This document shows, in pieces, positions 18,508 through 26,455 of a stretch of 43,245 nucleotides of DNA. The DNA is from Methanomassiliicoccales archaeon (GTDB lineage: Archaea > Thermoplasmatota > Thermoplasmata > Methanomassiliicoccales > UBA472), in NCBI GenBank assembly GCA_035518995.1, contig DATIXC010000120.1, forward strand, positions 1 to 43,245. The letters are read 5' to 3'. A program made the translations under genes and the position numbers. The notes beneath the pieces were generated by a model. The model saw nothing but the letters and a program-made list of their open reading frames with translations, was not told the origin of the DNA and ran no database searches. The stretch's first letter is position 1. Each line of letters opens with the position of its first letter.

Positions 18508-19574
18508 GAAATGATCTTGTCCATCATGTCGCTCTCCATCCCGAGGCGTATCTCCCGTGCGATGCGGCGGCCGGTGGACATCTCCGGTTCGATGAGGTCC
18601 GAGTAGGGAGAGCCGGAGACGAAGGGGTTGCTGCCGGCCACGATCCTCGAGGATATCTCGAACACCTTGAATTGCAGCTGGTCCGTCACGATCGCCTCCA
18701 GGCAGAATGGGCCTATCATGCCGCCGAACAGCTGGTTGGCCCTCCGCACCACTCGCTCGCCCATGTCGAAGACCTTGGGCAGGAGCGACTCGCGAATGAC
18801 GACGGGGACGTTACCAGTGACGACGAAGGAGGGGAAGTAGCCGAGGCGCTTCAGCTCCTCGGACGCTCCCAGCTTGTACATCTCATCGATGTTGCTCTCG
18901 TCACGCCTGTCCATCGAAAGGAGCTCGAGCGTGCCATCTTCCACCTTGTAACCATCCTTCTTGATCGGGGAGTGGAAGAAGTGCAGGTAGTACCTGGTCC
19001 CCAGGATGTATTCCTGGATGGTGTAGGGCTGGGATAGGTCGATCCCCATCTTGAACTCGGGGTAGTCCTTGGCGATGAAGAAGCCCCTCCCCCCCTTGGC
19101 GCCATGGTACTTCACCAGCACCGGCCGGTCAATCTTCTTGGCATCGTCTATCTTGGCTGGCATCTCGATGCCGGCGGACTCGAGCCATTCCCGCATCATG
19201 TCCCGGTCGGACTCCCATCCGAGCACCTCGCGGTTGCCGAAGGTCGGCACCGCCAATGACTCGAATCTTTTCGAGCCGAGGTACTCCACGAATGAGCCGT
19301 GAGGGACGATGATGACGTTCCTGGCGAGGAGCTCGTCGGCCTGGTCCAGAAGGTCCTGATAGGTCGACATGCGGATGATCTCGTCGGGCTTGGCCAAAGG
19401 GAAAGCGTCGTAGAACTTGGTGTTCTGCGTGACCGCGACACCCAACGTTCGGAACCCTTCCTTGCGGGCGCCGTTGAAGATCTGCATGGAGGAGTGGGAG
19501 CAAAGGGTTGCGATGGTGATCTTGTCCCTATCGTACTCCCCGAGAAGCCTGAGAATCTTGTCCTTTTGGACCAT
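18504..19574 (-). CDS. purP: FAICAR synthetase, formate-dependent (archaeal PurP)
   Basis: IATLCSHSSMQIFNGARKEGFRTLGV... with an ATP-grasp architecture. Confidence 0.9.
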   Translation of the reverse strand: MVQKDKILRLLGEYDRDKITIATLCSHSSMQIFNGARKEGFRTLGVAVTQNTKFYDAFPLAKPDEIIRMSTYQDLLDQADELLARNVIIVPHGSFVEYLGSKRFESLAVPTFGNREVLGWESDRDMMREWLESAGIEMPAKIDDAKKIDRPVLVKYHGAKGGRGFFIAKDYPEFKMGIDLSQPYTIQEYILGTRYYLHFFHSPIKKDGYKVEDGTLELLSMDRRDESNIDEMYKLGASEELKRLGYFPSFVVTGNVPVVIRESLLPKVFDMGERVVRRANQLFGGMIGPFCLEAIVTDQLQFKVFEISSRIVAGSNPFVSGSPYSDLIEPEMSTGRRIAREIRLGMESDMMDKIIS

Positions 19575-19591
19575 ATCGTTGTATTCGCATC

Positions 19592-19609
19592 GGTAATATA
19601 AACATTACC
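19592..19609 (-). promoter_or_regulatory. TATA box (minus strand TTTATATT) embedded in inverted repeat GGTAAT-N6-ATTACC, about 25 nt upstream of the purP ATG (leaderless-type spacing)
   Basis: Read directly: ggtaatataaacattacc. Confidence 0.4.
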
Positions 19610-19643
19610 ATTTGAGGCTGGATGTACTGTCCAGGTCGCCTCG

Positions 19644-20153
19644 TCAGACCACGTAAATCCCTAGGATCTCGGCCAAGAAGATCACTATCATGCAGCGGTT
19701 GATCGTTGCCAGGAAATTGACAATGACGAAGTACTCAGGCGTCATGATCTCGTCCTTGTTGAAGACGGAATACAGGTAGAGGGTGATCGTGTCAGGCATG
19801 AAGGGCACGCTCATGAGCAGGTAAAGGCCCCAATACCAGGTCTTGGAAACGAACCACTCCATGAACCTCACGAACCATCCGACGAAGAAAATATGCTCCG
19901 ACCATTGACGGATCCTCTTCTCCACCTTCAGCCCAAGATAGAAGACGAGGATGCAGCCAGTGGCCTTGCCTGCGGCCACGATCAGGGATTTCGTGAGGAT
20001 CCCGAGGGAGGGGGCGAGGAACAGCCCGATCTCAACGGGGATGGGGAGAAGTATCGCGGTGGCGATCGAATAGAGATACAGGACGATGGCATACTCCAAT
20101 GGACTGTTCGCTAGGGACTGCAGGAAGTCCATGAAAATTCCGACTATGTCCAT
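19644..20153 (-). CDS. Small multi-pass membrane protein, DedA/VTT-like
   Basis: Four or five hydrophobic segments. GC content is visibly lower than in neighbouring genes. The family call is tentative. Confidence 0.55.
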   Translation of the reverse strand: MDIVGIFMDFLQSLANSPLEYAIVLYLYSIATAILLPIPVEIGLFLAPSLGILTKSLIVAAGKATGCILVFYLGLKVEKRIRQWSEHIFFVGWFVRFMEWFVSKTWYWGLYLLMSVPFMPDTITLYLYSVFNKDEIMTPEYFVIVNFLATINRCMIVIFLAEILGIYVV

Positions 20154-20323
20154 TGGTCAGGCCATGATGACATTTGCAGAAAAATGTTTGTCCGTGCCTA
20201 TTGAGAAAGGACCCGGCGCCAGCATGGGCGAGTGAGACTATCCAGTATGTCCAACGTTAAAGCAATCTTTTTATGGTCGAAGTGGGATAATCCCCATTCA
20301 GTACTCGGAAGGGGATTTTGACC

Positions 20324-20923
20324 ATGGGTGACGGCAAGGACTGGTTTGCGGAGCTGGACGCGGAGCTCCAGAAGCAGACCGAGGCTATCAGCAAGGACCT
20401 CGCTGAGATGAACAATCAGAAGCGAGCAATCAACAAGACGCTCATCGAGGACTTTTGGAAGATATTCATGCGCTTTGGGAAGATCAATGTCAACATGACC
20501 ATGGAGCCATCGCATGAGGCTTTCGCCGTCTTCGAGGTGTACCCCGACGTCTGGCACTTCAAGGAGGGGTTCAACTTCGCTGCGGTCAATAGCCTGCAAC
20601 TGGTCGACCGCACCGCCGAGCAGGGGCGGATGGGCGACTCGCTCAAGGTCTGGTACTATTCGGTGGACTCGACCCCCCACGTCCGCATGATCTTCGAGTA
20701 CTGCGAGGGCGAGCACTATTACAAATACGCCGGATGGAAGCGCATCTTCGCGCAGTTCGTGGTCTACGATGCCCCAGTGGCCAAGGCCGAGCTGGCCAAG
20801 ATGCACGAGAAGATGAGCGACGTGGTGAAGGTCTGGTACGAGAGCCACCTGCGCCGCAACCGCGACATCATCATCAAGCACCTAAAGGAGAACTTCGAGC
20901 GGGGCGAGACGTTCACCGAGTGA
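20324..20923 (+). CDS. Hypothetical protein (N-terminal coiled-coil-like segment, Trp/Tyr-rich globular C-terminus)
   Basis: It has coding-like composition and GC3 bias, whereas the opposing 227-aa ORF has the typical antisense L/V/H/D-rich composition. First ATG at 20324 with GGAAGGGG upstream. Confidence 0.6.
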   Translation: MGDGKDWFAELDAELQKQTEAISKDLAEMNNQKRAINKTLIEDFWKIFMRFGKINVNMTMEPSHEAFAVFEVYPDVWHFKEGFNFAAVNSLQLVDRTAEQGRMGDSLKVWYYSVDSTPHVRMIFEYCEGEHYYKYAGWKRIFAQFVVYDAPVAKAELAKMHEKMSDVVKVWYESHLRRNRDIIIKHLKENFERGETFTE

Positions 20924-20992
20924 GCGTTCCCCCATTCCAATCCCTTCTTCTTACATCGAGGATAGGTACTTTCGAGCACCCCTCATATCATA

Positions 20993-21003
20993 CTTTTAAA
21001 AGG
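20993..21003 (+). promoter_or_regulatory. TATA-like box (CTTTTAAAAGG) upstream of the RPA operon
   Basis: AT-rich element about 50 nt upstream of ATG 21048. Confidence 0.35.
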
Positions 21004-21047
21004 CATTTTGATAAGGGTAGCGGGCCTAGTGCCCACGAGGTTTAACC

Positions 21048-22376
21048 ATGGAGAAGGAAGAGATCGCACCCCATGTTTCGGAAATTTCCCGGGTGCTCGG
21101 AAACAAGGTAAGCGAGGAGCAGATCGAGAGGGAGCTGGATACCTACCTCAATCTCTACAGGGTCTCGCTGGAGACCGCCAAGCGTTCGGTGGTGCGCAAG
21201 CTCGGCGGGGACCCGAACGCCCTCAACAAGGGGGCGCAGAAGAAGCTCTCAGAGCTGACGGGCTCGGAGCAGAACGTAGACATCCTTATCAAGGTTCTAT
21301 CCGCGAACAGGAAGGAGATCGAGCAGAACGGCGAGCTCAGGGCCCTCATCTACGGCCTATTCGCCGATGAGACAGGCACAATGCCCTACACGGCCTGGGA
21401 CGCGGACCGTTTCCCCTTGGAAAGGGGCCAGGTGCTCCTTGTCCGCAACGCCTACACCAAGGAGTGGAACGGAAAGCCCCAGCTCAATCTTGGGACCAGG
21501 GCCACCATCGAATCGCAGCCCGCTGACGCGGTAAGGCTGCCCGAGGGCATGGACATGCCGATCTATGGGCCGACGACCGCAAAGGTGGCCGACCTGGTCG
21601 AGGGAATGAACAGCGTGACCATCACGGCCAAAATATTGTGTGTGGAGACGCGTAAGATCGAGTCCCAGGAAGGGGCCAAGACCTTCTACTCGGGCATGCT
21701 CGCCGACGAGACGGGGCGCGCTCAGTTCTCAGCCTGGCACGACTTCGACCTTAAGAAGGACGAGGTCGTCCAGATCAAGGGGGCCTACGTGCGCTCCTGG
21801 AAAGGCATCCCTCAGCTCAACTTCGGGGAGCGAGCGGAAGTGACGAGGGTCCGGTCGCCGTTCCCTGCTGACCTGGACCTGGCCAAGCCGAAGCCTCGGG
21901 CCATCGCCGAGCTCGAGGCCGTGGGCGGCGCCTTCGATGTCCTGGTCTCGGGGGTGGTGGTCGACGTGAAGAAGGGGAGCGGACTGATCCAGAGGTGCCC
22001 TCATTGCAATCGCTTGGTGCAGAACAAGCTCTGCCGCATCCATGGCAAGGTGGAGGGCCAGCACGACCTGCGCATCAAGGCCGTCGTCGACGACGGCGCT
22101 GGCTCCATAACCGCGGTCATGAACAAGGACATCACCGAGGCCTTGGTGGGCATCACCCTGGAGCAGGCCATCAAGGACGCCAGGGAGGCCATGGACCCCG
22201 AGGTGGTGAAGGAGAAGATCGAGGACCGATTGCTGGCCAAGCCCGTGGAGGTGCGAGGAAACGTCATCAGCGATGACTATGGCCTGATGATGATCGTGTC
22301 CGAGGCCAGGGTGTTCGTGCCCGAGGTCAGGGCCGAGGCCACCAGCCTCCTTTCCGAGCTGGAGGGAGCGCAATGA
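21048..22376 (+). CDS. Replication protein A, multi-OB-fold ssDNA-binding protein with zinc finger
   Basis: Repeated OB motifs are present (YTAWDADRFPLERGQVLLVRNAYTKEWNGKPQLNLG; FSAWHDFDLKKDEVVQIKGAYVRSWKGIPQLNFGE), plus the zinc finger CPHCNRLV...C. Confidence 0.88.
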   Translation: MEKEEIAPHVSEISRVLGNKVSEEQIERELDTYLNLYRVSLETAKRSVVRKLGGDPNALNKGAQKKLSELTGSEQNVDILIKVLSANRKEIEQNGELRALIYGLFADETGTMPYTAWDADRFPLERGQVLLVRNAYTKEWNGKPQLNLGTRATIESQPADAVRLPEGMDMPIYGPTTAKVADLVEGMNSVTITAKILCVETRKIESQEGAKTFYSGMLADETGRAQFSAWHDFDLKKDEVVQIKGAYVRSWKGIPQLNFGERAEVTRVRSPFPADLDLAKPKPRAIAELEAVGGAFDVLVSGVVVDVKKGSGLIQRCPHCNRLVQNKLCRIHGKVEGQHDLRIKAVVDDGAGSITAVMNKDITEALVGITLEQAIKDAREAMDPEVVKEKIEDRLLAKPVEVRGNVISDDYGLMMIVSEARVFVPEVRAEATSLLSELEGAQ

Positions 22377-23275
22377 TGGTGCGCGAGGTCGCCTGGCGCA
22401 TCTTCGCAGCGGAGTACAACTCCTCTCGGCTCGAGATTAAGGGCGAGGGCGAGAGGGCTCCCTCCTACATCGTATCGCCCCTCGGGGCGATGGTCAACCG
22501 GGTATTCTTGGTCGGGGTCCTCACGGACCTGGAGAACATCGGGACGGGGGAGGAGCCGTTGTGGAAGGGGCGCCTCCAGGACCCAACGGGCAACTTCTAT
22601 GTCTCTTCAGGCCAGTATCAGCCGGAGGCCACCGCAGCGCTCTCCAAGATGGAGGCGCCAGCGTTCATCGCCGTGGTGGGCAAGACCCGCACCTACTCTC
22701 CCGAGGAGGGGACGATGTACGTCTCCATCCGCCCTGAGAAGGTGCGCTTGGTGGAGGCGAGGGAGAGGGACCACTGGGTCCTGGAGACCTGCAAGGCCAC
22801 CCTCAGACGCATCGACGCCATGACCGAGGCCAAGGAGATGGCGGCCCCTACCGTGGACGAGCTCGTCAAGCTCGGACACTCCCCGGGGCTGGCCGAGGGC
22901 GTGGTTAGGGCCGTCGGCCACTACCCGGACGTGGACCTGGGGCGTTACCGGAGCATGGTCGTGGACGCCCTGAAGTTCCTCCTGCCCGAGTACCAATCGG
23001 AGATGGAAGCGGACATGCCCTCTGAGATGGGTCAGCGGCCCGAGGAGGTCGAGGACGAGGAGGAGGCCGAGGCCGTGGAGGAGGAGAAGGAGGACAAGGT
23101 GCTGGCCATCATCACGAGGCTGGACCGGTCCGGCAAGGGCGCCGCCTGGGACGACATCGTGGAAGAGGTGAAGCGCATAGGGATGGACCGCACCGCCTTG
23201 GAGGAGGTCACCAACTCCCTCCTGGACAAGGGCATGATATACGAGCCGGTGCTGGGGAGAATGAAGCGCATTTAG
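22373..23275 (+). CDS. RPA-associated OB-fold protein (COG3390, Rpap-like) with acidic linker and C-terminal winged helix
   Basis: REVAWRIFAAEYNSS...NRVFLVGVLTD...YVSIRPEKV, then an EEVEDEEEAEAVEEEKED linker. The ATGA overlap couples it to RPA. Confidence 0.75.
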   Translation: MMVREVAWRIFAAEYNSSRLEIKGEGERAPSYIVSPLGAMVNRVFLVGVLTDLENIGTGEEPLWKGRLQDPTGNFYVSSGQYQPEATAALSKMEAPAFIAVVGKTRTYSPEEGTMYVSIRPEKVRLVEARERDHWVLETCKATLRRIDAMTEAKEMAAPTVDELVKLGHSPGLAEGVVRAVGHYPDVDLGRYRSMVVDALKFLLPEYQSEMEADMPSEMGQRPEEVEDEEEAEAVEEEKEDKVLAIITRLDRSGKGAAWDDIVEEVKRIGMDRTALEEVTNSLLDKGMIYEPVLGRMKRI

Positions 23276-23326
23276 GTCCGAGCCGTTCTTTGAACGAAGC
23301 GGTGGAGGCAGCCGCTGATGGCTTCC

Positions 23327-24157
23327 CTAGTATGAGGCCAGGAGCTCGTCCTCGACCTTCCACTGCGCCTTGAAATGCTCGTTCAGCTCACGTATCAAGA
23401 GCTGGTGCCAATAGGCCAAGATGGGAAAGAAGACCAGGGAGGCGAAGGCGTACAGGGCGAACGAGCGCTTTGTCGTCATGGGTGAGGGCAGGGAAGGGGT
23501 GGTTATGCCCTTCCTAGAACAGGCAGATGAGTACTGCCTCAGGTAGCCCAGCCACCTGGACTCGTGCGGCCAGGGGAGACGATTGAGGTGATAGAGATAG
23601 TAGAATCCGACGGCCAGGCCGATCAAGGGCAGGGCGATCATGGCCGTGTACATCTGCCTGGGCAGCCTCTCTTTGTCGGAGGCCTCGCCATCGATCCGCT
23701 TCATAGACTCGATCTCCTCGTCGGCATCGGCCGTCGGTCCCAGCAAGGATTGAGCACGCTCCAGCAATCCCATGCGAATGGAGGCTTCCCTGCTAGCATG
23801 CTCGGAGAGCCTCCTGACCTGCTTGTAAGTGAGGATCGCCAACATGGCAAAGCCGGCGATGTACATAACCACATAGCCGAAGGCGAGGCCGTAAAGGCCT
23901 GGAAGCAATAAGGCGAAGGCCAAGAAGCCTCCGAGCCCGAAGGCCACCGCGGCCAGAGGCAGATATTTCCACCACCCGCCGATGATCTCATCCGCCTGGG
24001 GGCGCCGGCCGATGCCCTCCTCCAGCTTCTGCTTCCCGTTGCCCTTCGTCCCAGCGCTAGGACCCTTCAACTCGACGGGGGATGCCGACAATGTGCACAC
24101 CAAGCCCAAGCTGTGCGGGTTATGGCGAGAGGCATACAAAACGTTAGCCGGGCTCAC
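23327..24157 (-). CDS. Hypothetical integral membrane protein (about 4 TM)
   Basis: TM segments include YLPLAAVAFGLGGFLAFALLLPGLYGLAFGYVVMYIAGFAMLAIL, MIALPLIGLAVGFYYLY and FALYAFASLVFFPILAY. The GTG start overlaps the Memo stop (GTGA). Confidence 0.55.
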   Translation of the reverse strand: MSPANVLYASRHNPHSLGLVCTLSASPVELKGPSAGTKGNGKQKLEEGIGRRPQADEIIGGWWKYLPLAAVAFGLGGFLAFALLLPGLYGLAFGYVVMYIAGFAMLAILTYKQVRRLSEHASREASIRMGLLERAQSLLGPTADADEEIESMKRIDGEASDKERLPRQMYTAMIALPLIGLAVGFYYLYHLNRLPWPHESRWLGYLRQYSSACSRKGITTPSLPSPMTTKRSFALYAFASLVFFPILAYWHQLLIRELNEHFKAQWKVEDELLASY

Positions 24158-24966
24158 TTGCGGACGACGATCCCGGCGTAGCCGACGACCTCGGACATGG
24201 GATGGACGTCACCGGAGGTGGCGTACTTGAGGAGCTGGGCGCTCTTCCCTCCCACCGCCTCCAGCATGGACATCACCGGCCCGTAGCCGCACATGGAGAC
24301 GTCCTTGCCCACCACCGTGGCCTCGACGCCCTGCGGGTCCAGGGCGAGTATCTTCTCTATGACGGCGCGGTCCTGCTTCTCCGCGAAGTTCGGAGGGACG
24401 TAATGTGAGAAGTCGCTGGAGGCGATGACGATGACGTCCCTTCCCTCGCACGCCTTCCTCAGCCTGGTACCGAGCTCCTTGGCCGTCTCGAAGTCCTGGA
24501 ACGCCATGCAGATGGGGAGGAACTTGGCTGTTCGCGAGAAGTACTGAATGAACGGGACCTGCACCTCGATGGAATGCTCGTGCTGGTGCGCCGAGGGGTC
24601 CTCGTCCACCCACCCCCTAAGCTTCTTGGCAAGCTCCTTGTCCGTCTCGATCACGCCCAAGGGGGTGGTGAAGTCCTCGCTGGTCATGGCCACGCCGGAG
24701 CCGATGCCGTGATGGTTGGGGCCGATGACGACGAAGGTCTCGGGGAAACCCTCCTTGGCGATGGCGCCGAAGACGTGCGCGGCCACGGGGCCCGAGAACA
24801 TGTACCCAGCGTGAGGGACCACCGCCCCCACTATGCTGCCCCTTCCCTTACCAAGGGGAGGGATCTCACCAGGTCCTATCTTGCTCCTGAAGCATTCCTC
24901 GATCTCCTCACGGAGCACCTTCTCCTTAGAGGAGTAGAAACGACCGGCGACGGCGGGATAGCGCAT
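24154..24966 (-). CDS. MEMO1-family protein (AmmeMemoRadiSam system protein B-like)
   Basis: YPAVAGRFY...VVPHAGYMFSGPVAAHVF...IGPNHHG...HEHSIEVQVPF. Confidence 0.88.
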   Translation of the reverse strand: MRYPAVAGRFYSSKEKVLREEIEECFRSKIGPGEIPPLGKGRGSIVGAVVPHAGYMFSGPVAAHVFGAIAKEGFPETFVVIGPNHHGIGSGVAMTSEDFTTPLGVIETDKELAKKLRGWVDEDPSAHQHEHSIEVQVPFIQYFSRTAKFLPICMAFQDFETAKELGTRLRKACEGRDVIVIASSDFSHYVPPNFAEKQDRAVIEKILALDPQGVEATVVGKDVSMCGYGPVMSMLEAVGGKSAQLLKYATSGDVHPMSEVVGYAGIVVRK

Positions 24967-24994
24967 GCAGACCGGGAGAAATTTGGCAAAAGAT

Positions 24995-25007
24995 GGATTA
25001 AAAGTTT
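24995..25007 (-). promoter_or_regulatory. BRE/TATA-like element (minus strand AAACTTTTAATCC) about 30-40 nt upstream of the Memo ATG
   Basis: It is identical to the 13-mer at 1384-1396. Confidence 0.4.
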
Positions 25008-25034
25008 TGCTTGAAGGGGTTTACGGCTCCCAGC

Positions 25035-25649
25035 CTAGAGGCTGGCTTCGAAGTCGTCTATGGTCTTGGTGAACTCCTCGTCCTTGGCGATCACGCCCTT
25101 CTCCTTGAGCATCTCGCGGGTGAGGAGCCAGTATACGCAAGCCAGCGCACGGCGGCCCTTGTTGTTGGTGGGGATGACCAGGTCGACGTTCCTGGTCTCG
25201 TTGTTGGCGTCGCACAGGGCGATGATGGGGATGCCGATGTTCATGGCCTCCGCCATCGCCTGCTGGTCGGCCGCGGGGTCCGTCACCATCAGGACCTCGG
25301 GCTCGGTATACTGGGGAAGCTGGGGGTTGGTGAGCGACCCGGGGATGAATCTTCCTTCCTTGGAGGTTATCGCGCCTATGATGCTGGTGAAGATCTTCAC
25401 CGGCTTCTGGCCATATTGGCGGGCCGATACCACCATCACCCTCTCAGGGGGATAGCGGGACAGGAACTTCGCCGCTGCGCGGATGCGCGCGTCGGTCTGC
25501 TTCACGTCCAAGACGTACAGCCCATCGGACCGCACCTTGAAAATGAACTGCTTCATGTCGGCGCTCTTCTGCTGCGTGCCTATGTGAACGCCGGAAGTAA
25601 GATAGACATCCTCTGGTACAAGCAAATCAGCTTTTATCTCGTCGCTCAT
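25035..25649 (-). CDS. rps2: 30S ribosomal protein uS2
   Basis: [41 protein letters not shown]... Confidence 0.95.
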   Translation of the reverse strand: MSDEIKADLLVPEDVYLTSGVHIGTQQKSADMKQFIFKVRSDGLYVLDVKQTDARIRAAAKFLSRYPPERVMVVSARQYGQKPVKIFTSIIGAITSKEGRFIPGSLTNPQLPQYTEPEVLMVTDPAADQQAMAEAMNIGIPIIALCDANNETRNVDLVIPTNNKGRRALACVYWLLTREMLKEKGVIAKDEEFTKTIDDFEASL

Positions 25650-25663
25650 CTACAACCCTTCCA

Positions 25664-25837
25664 TCAATCCCTCTTCACGTCTATGGGTATGACCTGCCTA
25701 TCGAACTCCGTGCGAGCGATCTCGATTGGGTCGATAGTGCCCTCTGGTATATCGATGAGTACTGGCGCGCCGAGAGAAATCTGAAGCGCCCTGGCACCAA
25801 TGATGCGAGCCTTCTCGAACCTGGTGTACTTCTTCAT
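25664..25837 (-). CDS. rpoK: DNA-directed RNA polymerase subunit K (Rpo6)
   Basis: Own translation, 57 aa and therefore below the track cutoff: [57 protein letters not shown]. It lies directly upstream of rps2, as in many archaea. Confidence 0.85.
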   Translation of the reverse strand: MKKYTRFEKARIIGARALQISLGAPVLIDIPEGTIDPIEIARTEFDRQVIPIDVKRD

Positions 25838-25963
25838 ACAATCACCAATAAAGGGGTAAAGCCCCTAATTAACGGGTCCCTTATAAGCTTTTTGCAGCAT
25901 TGGCCAGCCCGCTTCGGGCCCGCAGCGGTCTTGCCAGCATTCCCGTCCTCGACCATGGTCCCT

Positions 25964-26455
25964 TCATTTCCCTTGCAGCTTCCTTCGGGTGAAGGGGACA
26001 AGGCCGCCCTCGTCCAGGATGCGGATGAGGAAGGCAGGGAGAGGAGAGAACCCCAGCTGCTCGCCTCCTGGCAATAGAATCTTCCCCGCGTGCATATCGA
26101 CCTCGATCATGTCGCCCTGAGCTATCCTCTTGGCGGCGCCCGGGCACACGATGACCGGCAGACCGATGTTGATGGCGTTGCGGAAGAAGATCCTGGCAAA
26201 GCTGTCGGCCACGATGGCCGCAACGCCAGCGTGCATGAGTGCCAAGGGCGCCTGCTCCCTGCTCGACCCGCAGCCGAAGTTCCTCCCCGCCACCAGTATA
26301 TCGCCCCTCGTAACCTTCTTGGGGAACTCCGGGTCCACGCCCTCCATGACATGCGCGGCGAGGTTCTTGGGGGTGTAATCGTCCAGATATCGACCCGGGA
26401 TGATCAGGTCGGTGTTGATATGGTCGCCGAAGACCCATGCCCTGCCCTTGATCAT
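25964..26455 (-). CDS. leuD: 3-isopropylmalate/homoaconitate dehydratase family, small subunit
   Basis: MIKGRAWVFGDHINTDLIIPGRYL...GRNFGCGSSREQAP. Trimmed to ATG 26455, which overlaps the large-subunit stop (ATGA). Confidence 0.88.
   Translation of the reverse strand: MIKGRAWVFGDHINTDLIIPGRYLDDYTPKNLAAHVMEGVDPEFPKKVTRGDILVAGRNFGCGSSREQAPLALMHAGVAAIVADSFARIFFRNAINIGLPVIVCPGAAKRIAQGDMIEVDMHAGKILLPGGEQLGFSPLPAFLIRILDEGGLVPFTRRKLQGK

Noticed and set aside
20198-20881. 227-aa minus-strand ORF opposite the 200-aa hypothetical gene
   Set aside because: It is L/V/H/D-rich with no start context. The plus-strand frame has protein-like composition, GC3 bias and a Shine-Dalgarno-like motif.
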